Shown in pieces: positions 28,094 through 37,410 of a stretch of DNA of 44,421 nt. The notes beneath the pieces are model-generated. The model worked only from the letters and a program-made list of their open reading frames with translations. It had not been told where the DNA came from and searched no databases. The DNA is from an uncultured Methanosarcinales archaeon (lineage in GTDB: Archaea; Nanobdellota; Nanobdellia; Woesearchaeales; CAYZNE01): positions 62,001 through 106,421 of the forward strand of contig CAYONI010000001.1 in assembly GCA_964405295.1 (NCBI GenBank), read 5' to 3'. A program made the translations under genes and the position numbers. Each line of letters starts with the position of its first letter. The stretch's first letter is position 1.

Positions 28094-28354
28094 CTATTCC
28101 CGTCCATATAAATAACATCCGACTAAAAGCACTGCAAATTCTAGAAGTGCAAGTCCATTCATAATTAATATAGGTGCATTCATCAATTCTATCCCATAAA
28201 GAACCCAAACAATAGATCCTGCTGCTAAAATAATATATGTTAATAGTGAAAGATCTTTTGCGCTCTTTGTTTTGTAAACTTTATAGATTTGGGGTAGATT
28301 TGCAAATCCGTTTATTACACCGAATGCTGCTGCAAGTGTCGCGAGTAGTGTCAT
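28094..28354 (-). CDS. SemiSWEET / PQ-loop transporter
   Basis: LPQIYK..KTKSAKDLS, W..YG, three TM helices. Confidence 0.85.
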   Translation of the reverse strand: MTLLATLAAAFGVINGFANLPQIYKVYKTKSAKDLSLLTYIILAAGSIVWVLYGIELMNAPILIMNGLALLEFAVLLVGCYLYGRE

Positions 28355-28357
28355 AAC

Positions 28358-28756
28358 TTATAACCCCAATCTTTCATCTAACTCTTTTGCAACTTCGTTC
28401 AGGTCAGAAAGTGTTTCATCGATATTCTTTTTAATTCTTTCAATTAATCCCTGTATATTGTCAACATTTAGAATGTATTTGTTTCTATGATTAATAACTA
28501 TTCCAGAATCCATTAGTTTATTCAGGTGATGAACAACTGTTCCTCTAGTTAATTTTGTTTTTAGTGCAAGTTCGTCGCTGGTCATTCCATCTTTTTTAAG
28601 ATTCTTTAGAAGAACAATAAATATTCTGAAGCATGATTTATCTTTATCTCTAAGATTAAAAAGCCCAAGTGAACCACCAAACAATTGTATCTGTTGATTT
28701 GTAGTCATATCTCTCGGTATTTCAGTTCTTATTATAGTTATTTTTTTGAACTGCAT
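28358..28756 (-). CDS. Winged-helix transcription regulator
   Basis: TSDELA....TRGTVVHHLNKL..SGIV; overlaps end of cysS. Confidence 0.82.
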   Translation of the reverse strand: MQFKKITIIRTEIPRDMTTNQQIQLFGGSLGLFNLRDKDKSCFRIFIVLLKNLKKDGMTSDELALKTKLTRGTVVHHLNKLMDSGIVINHRNKYILNVDNIQGLIERIKKNIDETLSDLNEVAKELDERLGL

Positions 28757-30141
28757 TTAATATTAACTCCTTCTTTGGTATCTTCTATTAGAAATCCTTT
28801 TTCTTTTAGTTCGTCTCTGATTTTGTCTGCTAATTCAAAATTCTTGTCTTTTCTTGCTTGTTGTCTTTTTCCTGCAAGAGCAGTTATTTCTGCAGGAATT
28901 TCTACTTTACTTCTTTTTAAGATTCCTAAAACTTCGTCAAAATTATGAATGCTTTCTATAACTTTCTCTGCATCTGTTTTACTAATCTTTTCATCCATTA
29001 TTAATTTATTAATAGACGTCATTAATTCAAAAATTGCTGCCATTGCACTTGAGATGTTAAGATCATTGTCCATTTCAATTTCAAATTTCTCTTTTGCAGT
29101 TTTAATTATGTTGTCTGCCTCAGGATTATTATTTTCAGATTTAACACTAGAAAGTTTATCTAGGAAGTCATAAAATCTTTGTAGAATTTTTTCTGCAGAT
29201 TTTATATTCTCAAGTGTAAGATTAAGTTGTTGTCTGTAGTGTGTTACAATAAGTGCATATCTTATTGCCATTGGATCAAAACCTTTGTCTGTAAGATCTC
29301 TTAGTGTAAAGAAATTATTATATCTCTTTCCCATCTTTTTGCCTTCAGACAAAATCCATTCATTGTGAATCCAGTAATTAACAAACTTTTTACCTGTTGC
29401 TGCTTCTGATTGTGCAATTTCGTTTTCATGATGTGGAAATATTAAATCAATTCCTCCTGTATGAATATCAAAATGTTCTCCTAAATATTTCATTGACATC
29501 GCAGAACATTCCAGGTGCCATCCAGGTCTACCTTTTCCTATTTCTGTTTCCCAAAAAACATCCCCGTCCTTTTCACTCCATGATTTCCATAGAACAAAAT
29601 CTTGTGCTTGATCTTTAGTATATTCGTCTTGATTAACTCTTGCTCCTGCCTGTAGCTCATCAAGTTTTACTTTTGAAAGTTCACCATACTCTTTGAATTT
29701 TCTGATATTAAAATAAATAGAATTATCTTCTCCTTTGTAGGCAAATCCTTTATCTAATAATTTTTTTACTAGTGCAACCATTTCTTTTATGTGTTCTGTT
29801 GCTTTTGGAAACACTTCTGCCTTATCTATATTTAGTGTTTCAATATCTTCAAAAAATGCTTTCTCATATTTTTCTGTAAATTTGTCTAATGAAAGTTTTT
29901 GTTCTTGACTATCTCTTATTGTTTTATCGTCAACATCTGTTATATTCATAACCTGTTTAACTTCAAGTCCTTTGTATTTAAGATATCTTTTTAGAAGATC
30001 AGCACTAACATATGCTTTGTAATTTCCTATATGCGCAAAATTATAAACCGTAGGTCCACAAGTATACATTCCAACTTTTCCTTTTGTAATTGGCTTGAAC
30101 TCTTGCTTTTCTCTGGTTAGTGTATTGAATAATTTTAGCAT
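28738..30141 (-). CDS. cysS: Cysteine-tRNA ligase
   Basis: CGPTVY..AHIGN, NITDVDDK, GRPGWHLECSAM, DLIFPHHENE; start moved to ATG 30141 because the longer ORF overlaps tRNA-Cys. Confidence 0.96.
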   Translation of the reverse strand: MLKLFNTLTREKQEFKPITKGKVGMYTCGPTVYNFAHIGNYKAYVSADLLKRYLKYKGLEVKQVMNITDVDDKTIRDSQEQKLSLDKFTEKYEKAFFEDIETLNIDKAEVFPKATEHIKEMVALVKKLLDKGFAYKGEDNSIYFNIRKFKEYGELSKVKLDELQAGARVNQDEYTKDQAQDFVLWKSWSEKDGDVFWETEIGKGRPGWHLECSAMSMKYLGEHFDIHTGGIDLIFPHHENEIAQSEAATGKKFVNYWIHNEWILSEGKKMGKRYNNFFTLRDLTDKGFDPMAIRYALIVTHYRQQLNLTLENIKSAEKILQRFYDFLDKLSSVKSENNNPEADNIIKTAKEKFEIEMDNDLNISSAMAAIFELMTSINKLIMDEKISKTDAEKVIESIHNFDEVLGILKRSKVEIPAEITALAGKRQQARKDKNFELADKIRDELKEKGFLIEDTKEGVNIKCSSKK

Positions 30142-30149
30142 CGTAAAAA

Positions 30150-30236
30150 AGCGAAGGGAGAGATTCGAACTCTCGATCACCGGGATCTACAAAAGTAGTT
30201 TGCAGCCGATTGCCTTAGCCACTTGGCCACCCTCGC
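30150..30236 (-). tRNA. tRNA-Cys (GCA) with 15-nt intron at 37/38 (intron 30185-30199)
   Basis: GCGAGGG/CCTTCGC acceptor, U73, ATCGG-CT-GCA-A[ACTACTTTTGTAGAT]C-CCGGT, GTTCGAAT T-loop. Confidence 0.9.
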
Positions 30237-30343
30237 ACATAAACCTAACAAGAGAAGATTTATTTAAAAACCTTTCTATAGTTTTTGGCGTTAGCAATAA
30301 ATATATAAATATGTTTGAGTATTATATTATATGAGGTGGTTTT

Positions 30344-30559
30344 ATGACTTTAAAAAGCTGGATTGAAAAAAAGATTCATAAATTAACTATGTTGGATTTT
30401 TCTGTTTTAAAGATTGCATTAGTTTTATTAGGTATTATTGTTGGTGCATATATATCTGTATTTGTTAAACAATATGTATTGTATTTTGTTGTAGTATTTG
30501 CAATTGCTTACATAATATTGTTATTTAGAATATTTAAAAAAGAAAAGGTTGCCGAGTAA
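30344..30559 (+). CDS. Small membrane protein
   Basis: Two hydrophobic helices; SD GAGGTGG; upstream TATA. Confidence 0.7.
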   Translation: MTLKSWIEKKIHKLTMLDFSVLKIALVLLGIIVGAYISVFVKQYVLYFVVVFAIAYIILLFRIFKKEKVAE

Positions 30560-30581
30560 ATATTTAAGTAGAAATAGGATT

Positions 30582-30825
30582 ATGAAAAAGAGATTTTGGG
30601 AGATTGATTTTTTAAGAGGAATTGCAATAATCATGATGATAATATTACCTTTCCTTTGGAATTTTAATCATTTCTGCAAATGGAAGAAATTTTAGATTAA
30701 GAAATCTATCAGAGAATTTAGTTGTAAGATTTGTATGTTTTTTAGGTAAGAAGTCATTAATTATTTATTTACTTCATCAAGTAATACTTTTTGGTGTGTT
30801 CTCGATGTTAGTAAATTTCTTTTAA
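30582..30825 (+). pseudogene. Internally deleted DUF1624 / HGSNAT-like membrane acyltransferase remnant
   Basis: N-terminal MKKRFWEIDFLRGIAIIMMI and, in another frame, C-terminal FLGKKSLIIYLLHQVILF; central part missing. Confidence 0.75.
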
Positions 30826-30850
30826 TGATAATAAAAAAGAAAGAAAATGT

Positions 30851-30871
30851 TCAACAAGCATAGCTTGTTGA
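30851..30871 (-). terminator. Hairpin downstream of rps15
   Basis: TCAACAAGC-ATA-GCTTGTTGA, followed on the minus strand by T-rich tract. Confidence 0.55.
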
Positions 30872-30886
30872 CATAAAAAAACTGAT

Positions 30887-31342
30887 TTAAGTTACAATTA
30901 ACTTAACTTTTTCTGGATCATACTTCCATGTTTTGTCAAGAACCCCTGTTCTTTTGTAATATTTTACAAGTCTCTTGATTTTCGATTCAGTAAGTTGCAA
31001 TCCTCTTTTACCAGTCATGTCTTTATGATTCTCTTCAATATGTTTTCTAATCATAACAGCTCTTTTAATTAGGGCCATTAAATCATCTGGAAGTTCTTTA
31101 TTCAGTTTTTTCTCTTTAAGAACTTGGCTAATTGTTTTATTTAAGATTGGTTTTACACTTGGAATACCATATTCATCTCTTAAGTAGAGCCCAATCTGTG
31201 CTGAAGTTTTACCTTCTTTTGCATATTTTAGAATTAATAATTCTATTTCTTTAGCTCCGTGAGTAACCCATGAAGGTGCTTCTTTCTTTATTGGAGCATG
31301 ACTTCTTGATTTTCCTCTTTTTCTACTATACATTCTTGCCAT
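30887..31342 (-). CDS. rps15: 30S ribosomal protein S15 (uS15, archaeal S15/S13e)
   Basis: MARMYSRKRGKSRS, IGLYLRD.YGIP, LQLTESKIKRLVKYYK. Confidence 0.97.
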   Translation of the reverse strand: MARMYSRKRGKSRSHAPIKKEAPSWVTHGAKEIELLILKYAKEGKTSAQIGLYLRDEYGIPSVKPILNKTISQVLKEKKLNKELPDDLMALIKRAVMIRKHIEENHKDMTGKRGLQLTESKIKRLVKYYKRTGVLDKTWKYDPEKVKLIVT

Positions 31343-31436
31343 TTTTTGTTACCTCATAAACAGCTTAGAGAAATCTTGCATAGACATTGTGTCTGTCAGA
31401 TATACACATGCTTTCACATTCATATTCTCTAGCTTA
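31343..31436 (-). promoter_or_regulatory. Structured 5' leader of rps15 (candidate r-leader)
   Basis: Closing stem AGCUAGAGAA/UUCUCUAAGCU enclosing AUGU-GAAA-GCAU and AGACA-CAA-UGUCU hairpins; TATA at 31458-31465. Confidence 0.55.
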
Positions 31437-31484
31437 TTCCTGGTGAAGCGGGTTTTGTTTATAAAGTTAATTATATTTTATCTG

Positions 31485-31504
31485 TAACTCCTCTAAAGTA
31501 GTAA
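31485..31504 (+). promoter_or_regulatory. 8-4-8 palindromic element, copy 4
   Basis: TAACTCCT-CTAA-AGTAGTAA, 12 nt, then TTTATAAA. Confidence 0.55.
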
Positions 31505-31552
31505 AGAATAGAAAACTTTATAAAGAACAGAGTTCTACTTACTATTGAAAAG

Positions 31553-31625
31553 AGTGTGAGGATCCTAATTATCTAGAACACCTCAAACACACACCCTTCG
31601 AAGATTTTTTTTTCTTCCTCGCACT
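31553..31625 (+). ncRNA. Candidate small RNA
   Basis: 10-bp closing stem AGTGTGAGGA/TCCTCGCACT, BRE-TATA at 31511-31524, T-tract after; no ORF. Confidence 0.45.
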
Positions 31626-31713
31626 TGCTTCATTTTTTCTATACTATAATAAACTAAGTTAATAGTTATTATTTCAGTAACTTTATAAATTTCTAATACT
31701 AAAAATTGATAAA

Positions 31714-31914
31714 ATGGGTTTTTTAAATATTAAAGCTAAAGAGAATAAAAATTTGGTTAAAAATTCAAGTTATCAAAATGTACCATTAATCTGCCCAAGG
31801 TGCCATATCTATATGAAAAAAGTTAATAAAAATGGTGTTACAATTGACTTTTGCACAAAATGCAGAGGAATGTGGCTTGATGATAAAGAAATTGATAAGC
31901 TGATGACACTATAA
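31714..31914 (+). CDS. zf-TFIIB-like Zn-ribbon protein
   Basis: CPRC..M......TIDFCTKCRGMWLD.KE. Confidence 0.8.
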   Translation: MGFLNIKAKENKNLVKNSSYQNVPLICPRCHIYMKKVNKNGVTIDFCTKCRGMWLDDKEIDKLMTL

Positions 31915-32046
31915 TTTTCTCAGTTTTCGTTGATTATTATATCTTATTTAAACTTGTTTAAATGACCAAAAAACTTTTGTTTTTTGTGTTTATTATAATA
32001 ATATTAATAAATAACCTTGTTATCTTCATAATTTAAGGGTGTTTGT

Positions 32047-34350
32047 ATGGATAAAAAAACTGATAATTCAAAATTACTAAAACTAAAGGTAGCTGAGGCT
32101 ATGCAAGATGATGTTAACAAGGGAATTGTAAGAATTGATTCTAGTTATATGAAAGAGATCGATGTCAAAGTTGGGTCTTTTGCTGAGATTGAAGGTGAAA
32201 GAAAAAGTGTTTGTATTGTAGATAGAGCTTTGCCAGGAGATATTGGTTTAAATATAATACGAATGGATGGGCTTTCAAGAAGAAATGCTAAAACTGGAAT
32301 TGGAGAAATAGTAAAAATAAGAAAGATTCAAATAAAAGAGGCTAAAAAAGTAACTATTGCTCCAGCACGAGAAGGCATTATGATAAAGGCAAACCCAATA
32401 GTCTTCAAAAATGGATTATTAGGAAGAGCTGTTGCAAAAAACGACATTGTTGCACTTGGTGGAACAAGAAGTAGAGAAGAAAGAATAAGACAAAATCCTA
32501 ACTTTGCAGATTTTGGTTCAATACTAAATAGTACTTTTTCTGGATTTGGACTTGGTGATTTAAAATTTATTGTCACTAGCGTTGATCCAAAAAACGAATA
32601 TGCATTAATAACAGAAAATACAGAAGTCATATTTGATCCAGAACCTGCAAGTGCAGAAGAAGAAAAAGTAATAGATATTTCTTATGAAGATATTGGTGGA
32701 TTAGAAGATGAAGTTGCAAAAGTTAGAGAAATGATAGAGCTTCCTCTAAAGTATCCCCAAATATTTCAGAGATTAGGCGTTGAACCTCCAAAGGGAGTTC
32801 TTCTACATGGTCCTCCTGGAACGGGTAAAACTCTTCTTGCAAAAGCAGTTGCAAATGAGACAGATGTTCATTTCATAAATCTAAGACCGAGCGAGTTAAT
32901 AAGTCCTTTACCTGGTGCAACTGAAAAAAAGTTCGAACAAATATTTCAAGATGCTGAGAAGAATTCTCCAACAATAATTTTTATTGACGAGATAGATTCT
33001 TTTGCATTTAAAAGAGAATCAAGAGGTGCAAACGAATTCTTAAATACCCCTGTAATAGAATTGTTGAGACAAATGGATGGTCTCCAATCTAGGGGTGGTG
33101 TTGTTGTTATTGCTGCAACTAATCGTCCAAATGCAATTGATAATGCACTTAGAAGACCTGGAAGGTTTGATAGAGAAATAGAGATTGGTGTTCCAGATAA
33201 AGAAGGGAGAAAAAAGATATTAAAGATTCACACAAGAAATATGCCTCTTGCAAAAAATATAAATTTAGATACTCTTGCAGATGTAACTCACGGATTTGTT
33301 GGTGCAGATGTAGAATCACTTGCAAAAGAAGCTGCAATGATTGTTATGAGAAGACTTCTTCCTGAATTGAGAAAATTAAAAGAAGGGGAAGCATTATCAG
33401 ATAATGTTCTTAATAATTTATTAATAGCACAAGAAGATTTTGTAAATGCGCTTAAAGTTGTTAGGCCATCTGCAATGAGAGAAGTTCTAATTGAAATTCC
33501 AAAAGTTAAATGGGATGATGTTGGCGGTTTAGGAGATGTTAAACAAGAATTAATTGAGGCTGTTGAGTGGCCTTTAAAAAATAAAGTTGCTTTTGAAAGA
33601 TTGGGAGTTAATCCTCCAAAAGGGGTTCTATTATATGGCCCTCCTGGAACAGGTAAGACTCTTCTTGCAAAAGCAGTTGCGAATGAAAGTGGTGCTAATT
33701 TCATTTCAATTAAAGGCCCTGAAGTTTTGAGTAAATGGATAAATGAAACACCAAAACTTATTATGAATATTTTCAAAAAAGCAAGACAAGCAAGTCCTTG
33801 TATTATTTTCATAGACGAGATTGATAGTATTACTGCGAGAAGAGATTCTCCTAATGCTGCAAAAATGGGAATGGGTGCAGTTGAAACGTTACTGACAGAA
33901 ATGGATGGGTTAGAGGCGTTGAATGATGTTATTGTTGTCGGTGCAACTAATCGTCCTGATATTGTTGACACTGCGCTTCTTAGACCTGGAAGATTTGATA
34001 GAATTGTTTTAGTTGGTGTTCCAGATAAAGAATCTCGTAAAAGTATTTTTGAGTTACATTTGTCACCAATGACTATTTCAAAAGATGTTAAAGTTAATAC
34101 TCTTGTTGAGTTGACTGAAGGATATGTTGGTGCAGATATTGAATCTGTTTGCAGAGAAGCAGCAATGCTTACTTTGAGAAAAGACATGGGTGCAAAAGAA
34201 GTAACAATGGAATTCTTTAAAGAAGCATTGAAAAAAGTTAGGCCTTCAGTTAACAAAGAGATTGAAGATGCTTACAAAGAATTAAAGGCTCAGTTCTCTC
34301 AAGCAAAAGGAGAAGAATTTAAAAAAGAAAAGCCTAATTATTATGGATAG
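32047..34350 (+). CDS. cdc48: Cdc48/VAT AAA+ ATPase
   Basis: Double-psi N-domain, two AAA modules ([21 protein letters not shown]), C-terminal HbYX-like YYG. Confidence 0.95.
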   Translation: MDKKTDNSKLLKLKVAEAMQDDVNKGIVRIDSSYMKEIDVKVGSFAEIEGERKSVCIVDRALPGDIGLNIIRMDGLSRRNAKTGIGEIVKIRKIQIKEAKKVTIAPAREGIMIKANPIVFKNGLLGRAVAKNDIVALGGTRSREERIRQNPNFADFGSILNSTFSGFGLGDLKFIVTSVDPKNEYALITENTEVIFDPEPASAEEEKVIDISYEDIGGLEDEVAKVREMIELPLKYPQIFQRLGVEPPKGVLLHGPPGTGKTLLAKAVANETDVHFINLRPSELISPLPGATEKKFEQIFQDAEKNSPTIIFIDEIDSFAFKRESRGANEFLNTPVIELLRQMDGLQSRGGVVVIAATNRPNAIDNALRRPGRFDREIEIGVPDKEGRKKILKIHTRNMPLAKNINLDTLADVTHGFVGADVESLAKEAAMIVMRRLLPELRKLKEGEALSDNVLNNLLIAQEDFVNALKVVRPSAMREVLIEIPKVKWDDVGGLGDVKQELIEAVEWPLKNKVAFERLGVNPPKGVLLYGPPGTGKTLLAKAVANESGANFISIKGPEVLSKWINETPKLIMNIFKKARQASPCIIFIDEIDSITARRDSPNAAKMGMGAVETLLTEMDGLEALNDVIVVGATNRPDIVDTALLRPGRFDRIVLVGVPDKESRKSIFELHLSPMTISKDVKVNTLVELTEGYVGADIESVCREAAMLTLRKDMGAKEVTMEFFKEALKKVRPSVNKEIEDAYKELKAQFSQAKGEEFKKEKPNYYG

Positions 34351-34358
34351 TGATAATC

Positions 34359-34961
34359 ATGGATGAAATCGAAATTAAACAACTTATGGAAAAAGGATAT
34401 CTGAAAGTAAGGGTATTTTTTGAAATGCTTGGTAAACCAAAAGAGCATGTTGAAGAAACTTTAAAGAAATATATTGAAAGAATCAAGACTGATGAGAACA
34501 TTAAGTTTATAGAGGAAGATTATGTAGAAGCTGAAGAAAAGGAAGACGGTCTTTGGAGTACTTTTGTTGAGGCAGTAATACTTGTTAATGGAATGGATAA
34601 AATGACTTGGTTATGCGTTAATTTTATGCCTGCATCTATTGAAATTATTGAGCCAGAAGAAAAAAAGTATACTAATAAACAAATAGGTTTTTGGATAAAT
34701 GATGTTCTATCAAAGTTGCACGAGATTAGTCTTATGACAAAAACTTTGGCTAATAAGAATAAACAATTCGCAGGTGCACTTGGAACAATGTTAAGAAACA
34801 TGATTTTACTTAGTTTAGAAACAGGTGATTTAACTGCTGAAGATTTAGTTAGAAAAACAGGTATAAGATTGGATCAGGTAAATGATACTATTAAAGTTCT
34901 TATAGAAGAAAAAAGAATTGAAAAAGAAGGAGATTTGTATAAAAGAATTGTTAAAAAATAG
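34359..34961 (+). CDS. Conserved hypothetical protein with C-terminal wHTH-like segment
   Basis: EMLGKPKEHVE..WSTFVE..FMPASIEIIEP; directly follows cdc48. Confidence 0.7.
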   Translation: MDEIEIKQLMEKGYLKVRVFFEMLGKPKEHVEETLKKYIERIKTDENIKFIEEDYVEAEEKEDGLWSTFVEAVILVNGMDKMTWLCVNFMPASIEIIEPEEKKYTNKQIGFWINDVLSKLHEISLMTKTLANKNKQFAGALGTMLRNMILLSLETGDLTAEDLVRKTGIRLDQVNDTIKVLIEEKRIEKEGDLYKRIVKK

Positions 34962-35989
34962 AAAATGAAAACAAAAAATAAAGTTTTTGATCATTCATCT
35001 ATAAAGATGGATAAATCAAAAAAACCAAAGAAGAGTGTGAGAAAAAAGGGTAATTCTGAACAGAAAACTATTAAAAAATTAAATAAGCCTGATTTAATGG
35101 TTTTAAAACACAATGTTGAAGCAATTCTTTTTGCTGCAGGAAAATCTTTAGAGTTAAAATTTATTTCAGAGTTATGTAATTCAACTGAGTCTCAAACAAA
35201 AAAACAATTATTAAAATTACAAGAGGAATATAGCTCTAATTCTGTATTAATGATTATGGACCAAGATACAACGTGGAAAATGACTGTTAGAGAACAATAT
35301 CTAGACGTTGTTATTAAAATAGTTGCAGACACAGAACTTAGCAAATCTCAACTAGAAACTCTTTCTATGATTGCATTTAGAAGTCCTGCTTTACAAAGTG
35401 ATGTTGTAAAGGCAAGAGGAATTGTTACTTATGATCATGTTGCGGAACTTGTAAGATTGGGATTTGTATAAAAGAATTGTTAAAAAATAGAAAATGAAAA
35501 CAAAAAATAAAGTTTTTGATCATTCATCTATAAAGATGGATAAATCAAAAAAACCAAAGAAGAGTGTGAGAAAAAAGGGTAATTCTGAACAGAAAACTAT
35601 TAAAAAATTAAATAAGCCTGATTTAATGGTTTTAAAACACAATGTTGAAGCAATTCTTTTTGCTGCAGGAAAATCTTTAGAGTTAAAATTTATTTCAGAG
35701 TTATGTAATTCAACTGAGTCTCAAACAAAAAAACAATTATTAAAATTACAAGAGGAATATAGCTCTAATTCTGTATTAATGATTATGGACCAAGATACAA
35801 CGTGGAAAATGACTGTTAGAGAACAATATCTAGACGTTGTTATTAAAATAGTTGCAGACACAGAACTTAGCAAATCTCAACTAGAAACTCTTTCTATGAT
35901 TGCATTTAGAAGTCCTGCTTTACAAAGTGATGTTGTAAAGGCAAGAGGAATTGTTACTTATGATCATGTTGCGGAACTTGTAAGATTGG
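34932..35989 (+). repeat. Exact 529-bp tandem duplication
   Basis: 34932-35460 matches 35461-35989; GATTTGT at 34932, 35461 and 35990. Confidence 0.92.
34965..35471 (+). pseudogene. Truncated duplicate of scpB (first 168 aa)
   Basis: Identical to N-terminus of next ORF; stop arises at duplication junction. Confidence 0.8.
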
Positions 35990-36585
35990 GATTTGTTGTA
36001 AAACAAAGAATTGGTAGGAGTTATATTTTGAAATTAACTGAGAAATTTTATGAATATTTTGAAATAGATGGAACAAAAATAAAAGAAGTTTTTCAACCAG
36101 TTAAGGATAGGGTCGATGAGCAATTGCTTTTAGGGAATATGAAAATTATTAATGCAAAAGCAGATGTTAATGAAACAAAAGGGATATTTGAGAAAACCAA
36201 AGAAGAGCGTCTTGGTGATTTAGAAGTTATTAGAATTGAAAATCAGCAGAAAGCAGAAAATATTAATTCAATAAGGGATTCTCACAGGGAATTTCTTAAC
36301 TCTATTGATAATGAGATTGTTGCTATTTCAGAAAGAACCGATACTGAAGAGCAAGAAATAAATTCAATAAGAACTTCTGATGTTCAAGATAAAATTAATT
36401 CAATAAAGTCAGATGAGTCTGGTGAAGAACAGATTGCTGTTGATGAACCAGAAGGTGGTATAACTAAATCTGAAAGTGCAACAGAGATGCTAGAGGAAAC
36501 TGAAAACGAGATTCAACAGCTAACTGATAAAATTGAAGCAGATAATACAGAATCTGAAAAAGTTGAAGAAGATAAAGAAAAATAA
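35494..36585 (+). CDS. scpB: SMC-Scp complex subunit ScpB with acidic tail
   Basis: VEAILFAAG, ELSKSQLETLSMIAF..P..QSDV..RG, GR....LTEKFYEYF. Confidence 0.88.
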   Translation: MKTKNKVFDHSSIKMDKSKKPKKSVRKKGNSEQKTIKKLNKPDLMVLKHNVEAILFAAGKSLELKFISELCNSTESQTKKQLLKLQEEYSSNSVLMIMDQDTTWKMTVREQYLDVVIKIVADTELSKSQLETLSMIAFRSPALQSDVVKARGIVTYDHVAELVRLGFVVKQRIGRSYILKLTEKFYEYFEIDGTKIKEVFQPVKDRVDEQLLLGNMKIINAKADVNETKGIFEKTKEERLGDLEVIRIENQQKAENINSIRDSHREFLNSIDNEIVAISERTDTEEQEINSIRTSDVQDKINSIKSDESGEEQIAVDEPEGGITKSESATEMLEETENEIQQLTDKIEADNTESEKVEEDKEK

Positions 36586-36758
36586 TGGCAAAAATATTTA
36601 CAGTAAAATGTCCCAAATGTGGGAACACAATGAAGTTCTTACCTTTACATTTAGATGATTTTTCTAAGAAAAAAAAGAAATGTGTTTATTGTGGGCACTC
36701 TTTTCTAGTTCAAAAACATGTTAACCAATCTAGAATTGTTGATGTTGAAAAGACATAA
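36585..36758 (+). CDS. Small Zn-ribbon protein; absent from the ORF track
   Basis: MAKIFTVKCPKCGN..KKKCVYCGHSF (57 aa); TAATG coupling to scpB. Confidence 0.75.
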   Translation: MAKIFTVKCPKCGNTMKFLPLHLDDFSKKKKKCVYCGHSFLVQKHVNQSRIVDVEKT

Positions 36759-36800
36759 AAAACCAAACAATTTTAAATAACTTGTTCTATTTGTATTAAT

Positions 36801-37409
36801 ATGGAATCACAACCAACTCAAGAAGAGCTTAACAATATGTCTCCAGAACAAATTGCAGAGCTTCAGAAAAAGAATTGTATCTTTTGTAAGATGAGTGCAG
36901 GTGAGATTCCAACATATAAAATTTATGAAGACAGTAAAGTCTTTGCAATTCTTGATATTAACCCTGCAAATGATGGGCACGTTTTATTGTTACCTAAAGA
37001 TCATTATCAAATGGTTCCTATGATGCCTCCAGAATTACTTAGTCACATGATGATTATTGCTAAAAAGATAAGTCAAATCATGTTATCTGTTCTTAAAGTT
37101 AGAGGTGTAAGTTTAATGTTTGAGATAGGTGAAGCAGCCGGGCAAAAAGCACCACACGTTATGTTGCATATTATTCCTAGTTCTCATGATAAGAAGATTC
37201 TTCAACCAGATTTAGTTGATCAAGACGAAACTAAATTTCAAGAAATTCTTAAAAAATTGCGAACAAAGACAGGGTTTCAAGTTGAAGAACCAAAAGTAGA
37301 TGAAGAAAAAAAGGTAAGTGAACAAGAAGTAAAATCTGAAGAGAAAACAAAAGTTAAATTAGAAGACAATAAGGAACTTAATTTAGATTCAATAAGTAAA
37401 TTATTTTAA
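36801..37409 (+). CDS. HIT family protein (degenerate triad)
   Basis: CIFC, LDINP...GH.L..PK.H, AGQ..PHVMLHIIP. Confidence 0.85.
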   Translation: MESQPTQEELNNMSPEQIAELQKKNCIFCKMSAGEIPTYKIYEDSKVFAILDINPANDGHVLLLPKDHYQMVPMMPPELLSHMMIIAKKISQIMLSVLKVRGVSLMFEIGEAAGQKAPHVMLHIIPSSHDKKILQPDLVDQDETKFQEILKKLRTKTGFQVEEPKVDEEKKVSEQEVKSEEKTKVKLEDNKELNLDSISKLF

Positions 37410-37410
37410 A

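Noticed and set aside
30142..30180. 13-aa N-terminal extension of CysRS in the ORF track
   Set aside because: Overlaps the tRNA-Cys gene; MLKLFNTLTR is the typical CysRS start
33288..34256. 322-aa minus-strand ORF
   Set aside because: Antisense shadow of cdc48 with no independent motifs
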